NCBI GenBank assembly: GCA_002427505.1
Contig: DIRJ01000038.1
Coordinates: forward strand, 45,659 to 109,658
DNA: 64,000 nucleotides
Origin: Mageeibacillus sp. UBA5439
Lineage (GTDB): Bacteria; Bacillota; Clostridia; Saccharofermentanales; DTU023
Direction of reading: 5' to 3'
The position numbers and the translations under genes are program-made. The notes beneath the pieces are model-generated. The model searched no databases. It had not been told where the DNA came from and saw nothing but the letters and a program-made list of their open reading frames with translations. Position 1 is the first letter of the stretch. Each line of letters starts with the position of its first letter. Below are positions 34,674 to 43,672 of the stretch, piece after piece.

Positions 34674-36077
34674 CTAATTCTCTCCGGAAAAAAGCAGATC
34701 AAATGCTTCCTGTACATTACTGACATAGTAAAGCTTCACATCACTCTTTTGTGTGTTTTCATAACGTTTCATCTGCTCGCGTCCGGCGGCGGGCAAGACA
34801 AAGCTCTGCCAGCCGGCACGACTGCCTGCTTCAATCCGCAAGGCCATCTGGCTGACAGGGCGAACTTCACCCGTCAGGCCGACTTCGCCTAATACTATAG
34901 CATCCAGATGCAGGGGTTCTTCGCGGAAAGTGGAGAGTATTGCTGACATAATAGCCAGGTCTGCCGCGGTTTCCGCGATCCGGATACCTCCGGTCACGTT
35001 TACGTAGGTGTCAGACTGTGATAGATCTACCCGGATGCTTTTAGCCATGACCGCCAGCAGCAGCGACAGCCGTGAACGATCGATCCCCTGCGTCATTCTG
35101 GTCGGGGTAGCATAGGGAGAGGCAACTGTTAAAGCCTGTATTTCCAGAAGCAGAGGGCGGCTGCCTTCCATGGTGGAAGTTACAACTGAACCGGCAGTAT
35201 GTCTGGGACGGCCCCGGGACAGTAAAGCCGAAGTTTCACTGACCGAAATAAGGCCCTTGTCCGTCATCTCAAATACACCCAGCTCATCGGTAGCGCCAAA
35301 GCGGTTCTTTACAGCACGCAGGAGACGAATGCTTGTATCCTTTTCGCCCTCAAAATAAAGGACGACATCCACCATATGCTCTAAAACACGGGGTCCTGCT
35401 ACAGTGCCTTCCTTGGTCACATGTCCGGTCAGAATCAAAGTGATGCCGAGTGCTTTTGCGATACGCAGCAAACCCAGAGTAACTTCCCGAATCTGACTGA
35501 CCGATCCGGGTGCCGCCGCAAGCTCGGCCGAATATACAGTTTGAATGGAATCTATTACTGCTATCTGAGGGTGCAGAGCTCTCAGGCTTTCTTCAATGGC
35601 AGCAAAGTCAGTTACGGTAAGCAGGCGGATAGCTTTATCCGTTAAACCCAGGCGTTCCGCCCTCAGGCGTATTTGCTCAGCTGATTCTTCGCCGCTGATA
35701 TAAAGTGTTGCCTCCTCCGGAAAGCTGCCCAAAGCCTGGAGGGCCAGAGTCGATTTGCCAATACCCGGATCACCACCCAGCAGGATCAGCGATCCTCTCA
35801 CAAATCCCCGGCCCAAAACCTGATCCAACTCAGCAATACCGGTAGGAAATCTGTCCTGCAGATCTGCTTGAAGTTCATTCAGCTTTACCGGCTGTGTGCT
35901 TTGTTCGCCATCATAGCTCTGAACCCAGCTGCCTTGTGCCAGCTGTTTCTTTTTACTTTCTTTACTGTCCGGCACTTCAACAATCGTATTGTAGGCACCG
36001 CAATTAGTGCAGCGACCAAACCAGCCAATATAATCCTGGCCACATTCAGTGCACATATAAAGAGACTTTTTCGCCAT
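34674..36077 (-). CDS. radA: DNA repair protein RadA/Sms
   Basis: Zn ribbon CTECG...CTNCG, Walker A GGDPGIGKST, KNRFG motif, Lon-like C-terminal domain. Confidence 0.95.
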   Translation of the reverse strand: MAKKSLYMCTECGQDYIGWFGRCTNCGAYNTIVEVPDSKESKKKQLAQGSWVQSYDGEQSTQPVKLNELQADLQDRFPTGIAELDQVLGRGFVRGSLILLGGDPGIGKSTLALQALGSFPEEATLYISGEESAEQIRLRAERLGLTDKAIRLLTVTDFAAIEESLRALHPQIAVIDSIQTVYSAELAAAPGSVSQIREVTLGLLRIAKALGITLILTGHVTKEGTVAGPRVLEHMVDVVLYFEGEKDTSIRLLRAVKNRFGATDELGVFEMTDKGLISVSETSALLSRGRPRHTAGSVVTSTMEGSRPLLLEIQALTVASPYATPTRMTQGIDRSRLSLLLAVMAKSIRVDLSQSDTYVNVTGGIRIAETAADLAIMSAILSTFREEPLHLDAIVLGEVGLTGEVRPVSQMALRIEAGSRAGWQSFVLPAAGREQMKRYENTQKSDVKLYYVSNVQEAFDLLFSGEN

Positions 36078-36100
36078 AAATCAACTCCTGGTGCCAGTAT

Positions 36101-36128
36101 AGGACATTCGATTGATAAATGGTATAAT
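36101..36128 (+). promoter_or_regulatory. candidate promoter (AGGACA -35, 16-nt spacer, extended -10 TGGTATAAT)
   Basis: Read directly, about 115 nt upstream of the GTG start at 36244. Confidence 0.4.
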
Positions 36129-36243
36129 TTCTCGCAGTATTTCTCTTAGTGACCAGTGCCTGTTGAAGTCCCTGACTCTGTCATTTCAATCATTCTGCAT
36201 TGATCTTTATTGGGAGAATTCTGAAAGGAATTAAGGGAATATT

Positions 36244-38010
36244 GTGACTGAAGACATTAAAACTATTAAGAGTTCCTCTATGTCCGGTTATGCTGATGGC
36301 TTTGAGATCCCTGCTCTGACCATGAACGAATCTCTGACAGCTATGGCTGTGAAGCGTCCTGATGAAAAAGCGCTTTCATATTACGGTAAGGACCTGTCCT
36401 ATACTGAATTGCAGGCAAAAATAGACACTTGCGCCCGCGCACTGGTTGCCAGCGGAGTCAGGGAGGGTGATGTCCTGGCTCTCGGTCTGCCCAACATTCC
36501 TGCCGCCGTCATCGTGTTTTATGCTGCTAACAGACTGGGCTGCATCTGTAATATGATTCACCCGCTCTCACCTCCCCGCCTGGTCGGCAAACACCTGACA
36601 GAAACCGATAGCAGCTTTCTGTTTATTGCTGATATGGCAGTCAATAAATTGCGGCCCTTGCTGGAGGAATTGAAAGGGTCGCCGAAGATAAAAGATATTA
36701 TCATCTGCGGCATGGCCGACGAGGCACCCGCCTGGAAGCAGCCCTTTTTTAAACTTCAGCTGCGTAAAAATAAAGCGGAAAAGGATCTTTTGGCCGGAAC
36801 GACCAGCTGGAAGACTTTCCTGAAAAAAGCTGAATCCGTCAGGGTTACCCCCGCACGCAGCAAAGACCACAAAAGTGTCTGTGCATACTTACACAGCGGC
36901 GGCACCACTTCCGAACCGAAAACAATCATGCTCAGCGACTATAACTTCAACGCTATCGCCTATCAGGCCAATCAGCTGCTGGGTTATCCCCTGTCTGCAC
37001 CGGTTCCGTCCGGCAAAAGCATGATTACAGTATTACCCCTTTTCCATGGTTTCGGTCTGTGTATCGGCATGCATACCTGCCTGATTAATGACATTAAGGT
37101 TTATCTTCTGCCCCGCTTCTCGGCTAAGGCTGTGGCCGATTTATTCAAGCACAGACAGGCCAACTATATCTGCGGTGTCCCGACTTTATATGAAGCTTTA
37201 TCCAAAGCCGAGGCCATGCAGAACACTGATCTTTCCTGTCTGGAAGCCGCTTTCTGTGGGGGTGATTCCCTGACGCCGGAGCTGAAAGACCGCTTTGACA
37301 AGTTTTTGGCAGACCATGGTTCCAAGTCGAAACTGCGTGAAGGCTACGGACTGACTGAAACTGTTACCGTCTGTTCAGTTATGCCGGATAAATACTCGGA
37401 CAGAAACGGCATCGGCCTGCCACTGTCCAATATCAGGATGAAGATAATCAATTCTGAAAGCCGGGAGACGCTGCCGGCAAATGAAATCGGAGAAATCTGC
37501 GTTAGCGGACCCACTACCATGCTGGGTTACCTCAATGATGAAACCGCCACATCTCATGCCATTGTGACCCATGAGGACGGACTGGACTGGGTAGAAACCG
37601 GGGATATCGGTTATCAGGATGAAGAAGCTTTTTTCCATTTTAAAGGCCGGCTTAAACGCACGCTCAAAGTTTCCGGCATTCCTGTTTTTCCTAAAGAAAT
37701 CGAGGAACTGATCTCGGGTCTGCCGCAAGTGAGATATGTCGCCGCTATCGGCATCCCGCATCCCTATAAGATGACTGTGGTCAAGGTCTTTGTTGTCGCT
37801 CATGAGGGGGCAGATCCGGAAGAGCTGGAACAAGATATCATTCGCCTGTGTAAGTCTTCACTGATTGCTCACGCCGTACCTCAGGAAATTGAATTCCGTG
37901 ACAGCCTGCCTCAGACTCTGGTCGGGAAGATCGACGTCAAGCTGCTGGAAGCAGAGGAAGCGGCACGACAGACAAAAGTTGAAAAGCAGTCGGCAGTATC
38001 AGGCCAATAA
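36244..38010 (+). CDS. AMP-dependent synthetase/ligase (acyl-CoA synthetase family)
   Basis: AMP-binding motif YLHSGGTTSEPK, then GYGLTE and TGD blocks. GTG start per the ORF track. Confidence 0.8.
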   Translation: MTEDIKTIKSSSMSGYADGFEIPALTMNESLTAMAVKRPDEKALSYYGKDLSYTELQAKIDTCARALVASGVREGDVLALGLPNIPAAVIVFYAANRLGCICNMIHPLSPPRLVGKHLTETDSSFLFIADMAVNKLRPLLEELKGSPKIKDIIICGMADEAPAWKQPFFKLQLRKNKAEKDLLAGTTSWKTFLKKAESVRVTPARSKDHKSVCAYLHSGGTTSEPKTIMLSDYNFNAIAYQANQLLGYPLSAPVPSGKSMITVLPLFHGFGLCIGMHTCLINDIKVYLLPRFSAKAVADLFKHRQANYICGVPTLYEALSKAEAMQNTDLSCLEAAFCGGDSLTPELKDRFDKFLADHGSKSKLREGYGLTETVTVCSVMPDKYSDRNGIGLPLSNIRMKIINSESRETLPANEIGEICVSGPTTMLGYLNDETATSHAIVTHEDGLDWVETGDIGYQDEEAFFHFKGRLKRTLKVSGIPVFPKEIEELISGLPQVRYVAAIGIPHPYKMTVVKVFVVAHEGADPEELEQDIIRLCKSSLIAHAVPQEIEFRDSLPQTLVGKIDVKLLEAEEAARQTKVEKQSAVSGQ

Positions 38011-38086
38011 TCCGGTCTATAAGTTGACTCACTCTAAATATGTGATAGAATATCGAAGCGGTTAAGTCACTGTTGGATCGCATCCC

Positions 38087-38162
38087 GGGCGATTAGCTCA
38101 GTTGGGAGAGCGCTGCGTTCGCATCGCAGAGGCCGAGAGTTCGAATCTCTTATCGTCCACCA
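38087..38162 (+). tRNA. tRNA-Ala (anticodon CGC), CCA encoded
   Basis: Hand-folded cloverleaf. The acceptor stem GGGCGAT/ATCGTCC includes the G3:U70 alanine identity pair. The anticodon stem ctgcg/cgcag has loop ttCGCat. T-arm gagagttcgaatctct. 3' ACCA. Confidence 0.9.
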
Positions 38163-38194
38163 AAAAACCCTGATTTTAGAATCAGGGTTTTTTA
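38163..38194. terminator. intrinsic terminator after tRNA-Ala (also faces the convergent SDR gene)
   Basis: aaaaaa, then ccctgatt/aatcaggg stem with loop ttag, then ttttttt. Confidence 0.8.
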
Positions 38195-39007
38195 TTATCC
38201 GTACATTTTAGATACGATCCATCCGGTCAGTCTGATGGGAAATATCTTATAGGCCGCCAGCAGGAAACGATAGGAAAAACCGACTCCATACAGGGCTTTG
38301 GGACGCCTCTTCCCGGCATAACGGAAAAGCTGACCCGCAACATATTCAGCCGGATAGCCGCTGCGCTCATCTGCTTCCATCTTGCTGATGGACCTTGCTT
38401 CACTTTTTTCATAACAGGCCGGGGTCTCGGCATTTTTTTCGCGATTATCAGTAAAAGCGGTCCGGCAGTCACCCGGCATAACAGCTATTGCTTTAATCCC
38501 GTCTGCCGCCAGCTCCGTGTTCAATGCCAGCGCCAGCATATTAAGCGAAGCCTTGCTGGCTGAATAGAAGGCCTGATAGGGAATCGAGATCTCCCCTGCC
38601 ACCGAGCTTGTGATCACAATACGGGGGTATTGGGCTTTGCGCAGAAGTGGCAGACATCTTTGGATTACAGAAACGGCAGAAAAGCAGTTGACATCAAACT
38701 GCTTGATCATTTGACTCTTTTTAGTGCTCGCTACCGTGCCCGAAATTCCGAAGCCGGCATTAGAGAAAAGGACATCACAATATTCCCACTTTTCTGATAT
38801 TTTTCTAAAGACTGCCGCCAGCTGCTCTTCATTACTGATATCACAGGGAATCTGCCACAAATTCTCTATCTGCTCCTGTCCGGAAAAATCGGCCTCTGTC
38901 CTGGAAAGAGAAATAACTTCAACTCCTGCTTTCAGTAAAAGATTGACCAGAGCAGCACCAATACCGGAGCTTCCTCCTGTGACAATTGCGCGAGTAAGTA
39001 GCAACAT
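38195..39007 (-). CDS. SDR family oxidoreductase
   Basis: TGGSSGIGAAL cofactor motif and YSASKAS catalytic motif. ATG 39007 (AAGGGAG SD) preferred over GTG 39022. Confidence 0.8.
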   Translation of the reverse strand: MLLLTRAIVTGGSSGIGAALVNLLLKAGVEVISLSRTEADFSGQEQIENLWQIPCDISNEEQLAAVFRKISEKWEYCDVLFSNAGFGISGTVASTKKSQMIKQFDVNCFSAVSVIQRCLPLLRKAQYPRIVITSSVAGEISIPYQAFYSASKASLNMLALALNTELAADGIKAIAVMPGDCRTAFTDNREKNAETPACYEKSEARSISKMEADERSGYPAEYVAGQLFRYAGKRRPKALYGVGFSYRFLLAAYKIFPIRLTGWIVSKMYG

Positions 39008-39138
39008 ACGATCTCCCTTCACTACAGTTGAGCTGAATTAAAACCAGTCTAGCAGAAAGTGTCAGCAGCGCAATTATTTCCTTCGAAAAATCTGCTAAAC
39101 TGATCCTAAATATCTTTAAGCAGTGAGGATAAGGATCA

Positions 39139-39717
39139 ATGAAAAATATCACATACAGACTAGCAACTAAAGCTGACCTGGATCAGGTACACCGGCTGCA
39201 AGAGCGTTACCATGTCAGCACAATTTCTGACGAAGACCGTCCGGATGGCTTCGTGACCACGCTTTTCACCACCGAGCAGTTTGAGCGCCTGATCGACGAC
39301 GAGGGGGGTCTTTCTATCGCCCTGGACGGTGACAAGGTTATTGCTTACGCAATGGCGGCTTCCTGGGAGTACTGGTCAGAATGGCCTTTATTCGCACACA
39401 TGATTAAAGACTTGCCTGATACAGAATATCTGGGCAGAACCATGTCGATGGAAAACTCCTATCAGTATGGTCCGATCTGTGTCGATAAGGAATATCGCGG
39501 CACGGGAGTTTTTGCACATTTGTTTGACTTCTCACGTGCAAGCATGCGCGACCGCTACCCGGTTCTGCTTACTTTTATCAATCAGATAAACCCTCGTTCC
39601 CTGGCTGCCCACCGTAAACTGGGACTTGATCTGGTCAAAGAATTCCAATTCAATAACAACGACTACTATGAGTTGGGTTTTGATACCGGTAAATCAGTTT
39701 TGGCAGATAAGCTGTAA
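39139..39717 (+). CDS. GNAT family N-acetyltransferase
   Basis: 192 aa with an acetyl-CoA motif-A-like block (VDKEYRGTGVFAHLF). Confidence 0.65.
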   Translation: MKNITYRLATKADLDQVHRLQERYHVSTISDEDRPDGFVTTLFTTEQFERLIDDEGGLSIALDGDKVIAYAMAASWEYWSEWPLFAHMIKDLPDTEYLGRTMSMENSYQYGPICVDKEYRGTGVFAHLFDFSRASMRDRYPVLLTFINQINPRSLAAHRKLGLDLVKEFQFNNNDYYELGFDTGKSVLADKL

Positions 39718-40541
39718 TGCTGCTTTATTTTATACTGGCACTCCTCCTTGTAGCAGCAGTATTTCTTTTTTATGGGTTTACAATTGCTCCCGGGCGTGTG
39801 CGTGTGAAAAACTATCAGCTTGACCCGGACAAAACTCTGGGCAGTTTTGCCGGCAAACGCATTGTGTTCTTCAGCGATATTCATCTGGGCCCCAACTTTA
39901 CTGCTGAACACTTGAATAAACTTTGCCGGCTGATCCTCTCCCAAAAACCTCAGCTGATACTCTTCGGCGGCGATATGGTGGAAGAAAAAACTGATCTGAC
40001 CAGCGAAAGTTTCAAGGCCGCTATCAGCAAAAATCTTGCTGTTCTGAGTGATTTTTGCCCCTGTTATGCTGTGTTGGGAAACCACGACGTTGAAACTCTG
40101 ATCAATCGTCACTACACTGCTGAAGTCATTGCCGCAGCCGGTTTTACACTATTGCAAAACAGCTGGGCTGAGCTTGATGATCTGGCTCTGTATGGCTTCG
40201 CAAACGCCACTCACGATCAGCCTGTTTTCGTGGACAAGGCAGCTTTAGCTGAGGACAGCTTTCGGCTTCTGCTCTGTCACGAACCCGGCTTCGTTGGTAA
40301 GAACAAGCCGGTTCCGGGCAACAGCCTCTATCTTTCCGGGCATTCCCATGGAGGACAGGTGACTCTCTTCGGTTTGCCGCTTATTCTTCCCTATCTGGGC
40401 AGACGCTATGTGCGCGGCTGCCATCAGCTGCGTGATAACAGCCAGCTTTTAATCAGCAACGGAGTCGGCACCGTCCACATCCATGCACGTTTTTGCGCCA
40501 GACCGGACATCATTGTTCTGGATTTTCCGGACAAAAATTAA
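39717..40541 (+). CDS. metallophosphoesterase (calcineurin-like), N-terminal TM anchor
   Basis: Motifs SDIHLG, GGDMVE, GNHD, GHSHGG. The start ATG overlaps the GNAT stop (TAATG). Confidence 0.8.
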   Translation: MLLYFILALLLVAAVFLFYGFTIAPGRVRVKNYQLDPDKTLGSFAGKRIVFFSDIHLGPNFTAEHLNKLCRLILSQKPQLILFGGDMVEEKTDLTSESFKAAISKNLAVLSDFCPCYAVLGNHDVETLINRHYTAEVIAAAGFTLLQNSWAELDDLALYGFANATHDQPVFVDKAALAEDSFRLLLCHEPGFVGKNKPVPGNSLYLSGHSHGGQVTLFGLPLILPYLGRRYVRGCHQLRDNSQLLISNGVGTVHIHARFCARPDIIVLDFPDKN

Positions 40542-40665
40542 ATTGAGATCTCCCAGGCTGTTCTTTAGCTGCAACAGGGCTGCCCGGCAGTTTTAACTGC
40601 ATCTTTTCTTATGCAATCATGTATAATGAAAACTGAACATTTTAATATGTTCGAGGAGGAAGTAA

Positions 40666-41502
40666 ATGAATCAAGAAGTAATACGTGCATTAACTATCGC
40701 AGGTACAGACGCCAGCGGCGGTGCCGGGATGGCGGCGGACCTGACTACTTTTGAGGAGTACGGTTTATACGGGCAAGTCGCTCTGACTACTGTGGTGACG
40801 ATGGATAAAGAAAGCTGGGGGCATCATGTAAGCAGTCTGTCGACCTCCCTCATAGAGGCCCAGTTTGAAACAATAGTTGCCAGTACAGTACCGATTACAG
40901 CAGTAAAAACCGGTATGCTCGGCACTGTCGAGATCGTTGAGCTGGTTGCCAATTTTTTAAAGGATAACGAATTTAAATATATCGTGATTGATCCTGTTCT
41001 GGCTTGCAAAGGCACTGATGAAGTACTCAACCCGGAAACTGCGGACAGCATCCGCGACCTGCTGCTGCCAATAGCAACTGTAGCAACTCCCAATCTGTTT
41101 GAAGCAGGTGTTATGTCCGGTTTGGGCACACCCACCAGCCTGGAAGAGATGAAAAAAGCGGCAAAAGCTATTCATGCTCTGGGCACCAAATATGTCGTGG
41201 TCAAGGGCGGCAAAGCTGTTCAAGCTGAAACAGCCATAGATATTCTCTATGATGGTGAAGACTTCACGGTCCTCTCTAATCAGATGTTGGAACCGGCTCA
41301 CACTCATGGTGCCGGCTGCACTTTTTCCGCCGCTATCACAGCCGGACTTGCTCTGGATATGGATATTCATGATGCTGTGCGTATGGCCAAAGACTATGTC
41401 ACAACTGCCATCGAGAATGGCTTCCAGTACAATGATTTTGTCGGACCGCTCTTTCGCCCGGCCTACCGTCTGGAAAAGCAAGGTCGTTTTAAACAGCAGT
41501 AA
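40666..41502 (+). CDS. pdxK: pyridoxal/pyridoxine kinase of the ThiD family
   Basis: ALTIAGTDASGGAGMAADL, TPNLFEA and HTHGAGCTFSAAITA. Collinear with B. subtilis PdxK as I recall it. No TPP riboswitch upstream. Confidence 0.7.
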   Translation: MNQEVIRALTIAGTDASGGAGMAADLTTFEEYGLYGQVALTTVVTMDKESWGHHVSSLSTSLIEAQFETIVASTVPITAVKTGMLGTVEIVELVANFLKDNEFKYIVIDPVLACKGTDEVLNPETADSIRDLLLPIATVATPNLFEAGVMSGLGTPTSLEEMKKAAKAIHALGTKYVVVKGGKAVQAETAIDILYDGEDFTVLSNQMLEPAHTHGAGCTFSAAITAGLALDMDIHDAVRMAKDYVTTAIENGFQYNDFVGPLFRPAYRLEKQGRFKQQ

Positions 41503-41520
41503 GAATACGCTCTGAGCTCA

Positions 41521-41547
41521 AAGCGGCCTCATGCAGGCCGCTTTTTG
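41521..41547 (+). terminator. intrinsic terminator after pdxK
   Basis: Stem aagcggcct/aggccgctt, loop catgc, T-run. Confidence 0.8.
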
Positions 41548-41568
41548 TTATCTGATTTACGCGGCCGC

Positions 41569-42354
41569 TTAAAAGCCGCTTTTGCGTTCAAACCAAAGCA
41601 CAAGCCTGTGTGGCAGAATTCTGGATATTACACGCAGTATTTTAGCCGGCAAATTGCAGACTGACATATCTTTGCCCTTATCTGATCGCTTGAGGGCTTT
41701 GGCGGCGACCTTTTCAACATCCTCAATGCCGATTTTCTTGATGGGATTAGCATCGATCTCAATCCCGTTGGCCTCAAAAAACTCTGTTTTCATAGGATTG
41801 GGACATACGGCCGTAACAGTAATATCACGCTCTTTCAATTCCTGATGCAGGGCACGTGAAAAGCTGATGACATAAGCTTTGCTGGCTGCATACACTGCTG
41901 CTTTATATTGCGGCATGAAACCGGCCACTGACGCCATATTGATTATGCGTCCGCCGTTCTGCATGTAAGGAAGGCAGAGAGAGGTCAGAGCGGTCAGGGC
42001 CTGACAGTTTACTTCCACCATCCTTTCATTGCAATCCAGATCACAAAAAGCTTCAAACTTGCCGAAACCGGCAGAATTGATCAGCGTGTGAATTTGACAT
42101 TCGCTGTCCTTAATTTCAAGCAACAGCCGGTCGCGCCATTTCTTATCTGTAATATCCCCGGCCAGAACGCGTGCCGGCTTTCTCAGTGATGCGGCAAGTT
42201 CCTGCAAACGTTCTTCACGTCTGGCACACAGCCAGATTTCATCCAGACGCACGTCACCGTCCAAATCGATGGCAAACTGACGTCCGATTCCTGAGGAAGC
42301 GCCGCTGATTATTGCAATCCTGGCGTTTTTCCCCGAAGATACTGCAACTGTCAC
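41569..42354 (-). CDS. SDR family oxidoreductase
   Basis: ISGASSGIGRQFA and YAASKAY motifs. Confidence 0.8.
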   Translation of the reverse strand: MTVAVSSGKNARIAIISGASSGIGRQFAIDLDGDVRLDEIWLCARREERLQELAASLRKPARVLAGDITDKKWRDRLLLEIKDSECQIHTLINSAGFGKFEAFCDLDCNERMVEVNCQALTALTSLCLPYMQNGGRIINMASVAGFMPQYKAAVYAASKAYVISFSRALHQELKERDITVTAVCPNPMKTEFFEANGIEIDANPIKKIGIEDVEKVAAKALKRSDKGKDMSVCNLPAKILRVISRILPHRLVLWFERKSGF

Positions 42355-42444
42355 TGTATTACCTCGCCTCTTTGCTCTGGCATGTTTCTTATTGACATTG
42401 TAGCAAATTAACTCTTAATTTAATTTTATCAGGATTCCGGGCAA

Positions 42445-42475
42445 AGAAAAAACAAACACACTGTGTTTGTTTTAC
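42445..42475 (-). terminator. intrinsic terminator after the Rrf2 regulator gene
   Basis: Palindrome acaaacaca(c)tgtgtttgt flanked by an A-run and a T-run. Confidence 0.6.
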
Positions 42476-42525
42476 TGATATCTGTGTCAAAACCTGATGT
42501 TCGGTGTTGCTTATATTCGCCTTGC

Positions 42526-42921
42526 TTAAAGCAGGTCAGCAAAAGTTAAGCTTTTCATGCAATTATCAAAATGATCCTGCATTTTTTGGTAAGCTGAATG
42601 AACTTTGCAATAGTCTGCAGCGTCGCGGCTGCAAAAAGCATCTGCCTCCAGACATCTGTTGAGGCGAGTTGTATTTTCCATTGCATTTATGACCTCGAAC
42701 AGGCTGATTTCACCGGCAGGCTTGGTCAGACTGGAACCGCCTTTGGCTCCTCTCTTAACAGAGACAATACCGGCTTCTCTTAATTTTTGTATTATCGAAG
42801 GCAGATAATTGCCCGGAATATTCATCTCCTCTGCAATTTTAGTTGTTGATAATACTTCATCTGCCTGTGCGAGCCGGAGGACAGCCCGAATTGCATAATC
42901 AGTAGTAATATTTATTTGCAT
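42526..42921 (-). CDS. Rrf2 family transcriptional regulator
   Basis: 131 aa. N-terminal wHTH TDYAIRAVLRLA...IAEEMNIPGNYLPSIIQKLREAGIV. Three Cys in the C-terminal half (possible Fe-S ligands). Confidence 0.85.
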   Translation of the reverse strand: MQINITTDYAIRAVLRLAQADEVLSTTKIAEEMNIPGNYLPSIIQKLREAGIVSVKRGAKGGSSLTKPAGEISLFEVINAMENTTRLNRCLEADAFCSRDAADYCKVHSAYQKMQDHFDNCMKSLTFADLL

Positions 42922-43111
42922 TAAGCAACCTCCAAAACATTAATAAGTTATTGAAATATTCGCTGTCTGAAGACTACGTATTAGAGTTAATTCCTTTATT
43001 TGAAAAGATTATTGTATAAGTACCTAGCCAACGAATAAAGCATAAGTTAAGGTATTTAAATTGTCAAATGACTGCCTGCTTAGAAATTTTCTGCGAAAAA
43101 GGCCATAAAAC

Positions 43112-43163
43112 AGCGTGAATTCTTCTATATTTTCACTCACTGAAATGGATAAGAATTCACGCT
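43112..43163 (-). terminator. long hairpin downstream of cdd (probable terminator)
   Basis: Perfect 13-bp arms agcgtgaattctt / aagaattcacgct with an inner tttca/tgaaa stem. GTTTTAT follows on the minus strand. Confidence 0.55.
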
Positions 43164-43201
43164 ATTATTTGATAACAGTTCTGCTTCTGCTGGAGATCTT
43201 T

Positions 43202-43660
43202 CTATAGATCCAGGTTTCTCGGGCCAAAGCCGTGCAGCAATAAGCTGGACAAATCATTTTTTTCATAGTCAGTTACAGAACGTGCAACATAGACACTCAT
43301 GCGGCCATCAGAAAATTCGTTGAGAAACTGGCGGCAGATACCGCAAGGATATGCTAATCCCCGATCCCGCTCAGCATTAGTATCCTTCCAGCCGGCAACT
43401 GCTATGGCGGTAAATTCCTGAGCACCTGCAGCCACTGCCTGCATAGCGGCACCACGTTCAGCACAGATTCCGGCCCCATAGGCTGCGTTTTCTACATTGC
43501 AGCCACTGAAAACTCTGCCATCGGAGCACAGCAGGGCGGCGCCGACTTTAAAGGCTGAATACGGCGCGTAGGCCTTATCGCGTGCTGCTATAGCCGCGCG
43601 TATAAGCGTCTGTACTTCCAGTTCACTCAGTTCATTGTCTCTGACCTTAAACTCTGACAT
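43202..43660 (-). CDS. cdd: cytidine deaminase (small homotetrameric type)
   Basis: Zinc motifs CAERGA and PCGICRQ. 152 aa. Confidence 0.9.
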   Translation of the reverse strand: MSEFKVRDNELSELEVQTLIRAAIAARDKAYAPYSAFKVGAALLCSDGRVFSGCNVENAAYGAGICAERGAAMQAVAAGAQEFTAIAVAGWKDTNAERDRGLAYPCGICRQFLNEFSDGRMSVYVARSVTDYEKNDLSSLLLHGFGPRNLDL

Positions 43661-43672
43661 TATTAACTCCTT

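Noticed and set aside
38087-38162. Considered tRNA-Ala as a possible integration hotspot or island boundary.
   Set aside because: There is no integrase, recombinase or phage-like gene on either side. I saw no repeat of the tRNA 3' end nearby. The flanking genes are ordinary metabolic genes.
40542-40665. Looked for a TPP riboswitch upstream of the ThiD-family kinase.
   Set aside because: No CUGAGA/ACCUGA-type TPP core is visible. This absence, plus collinearity with B. subtilis PdxK, is why I called the gene pdxK rather than thiD.
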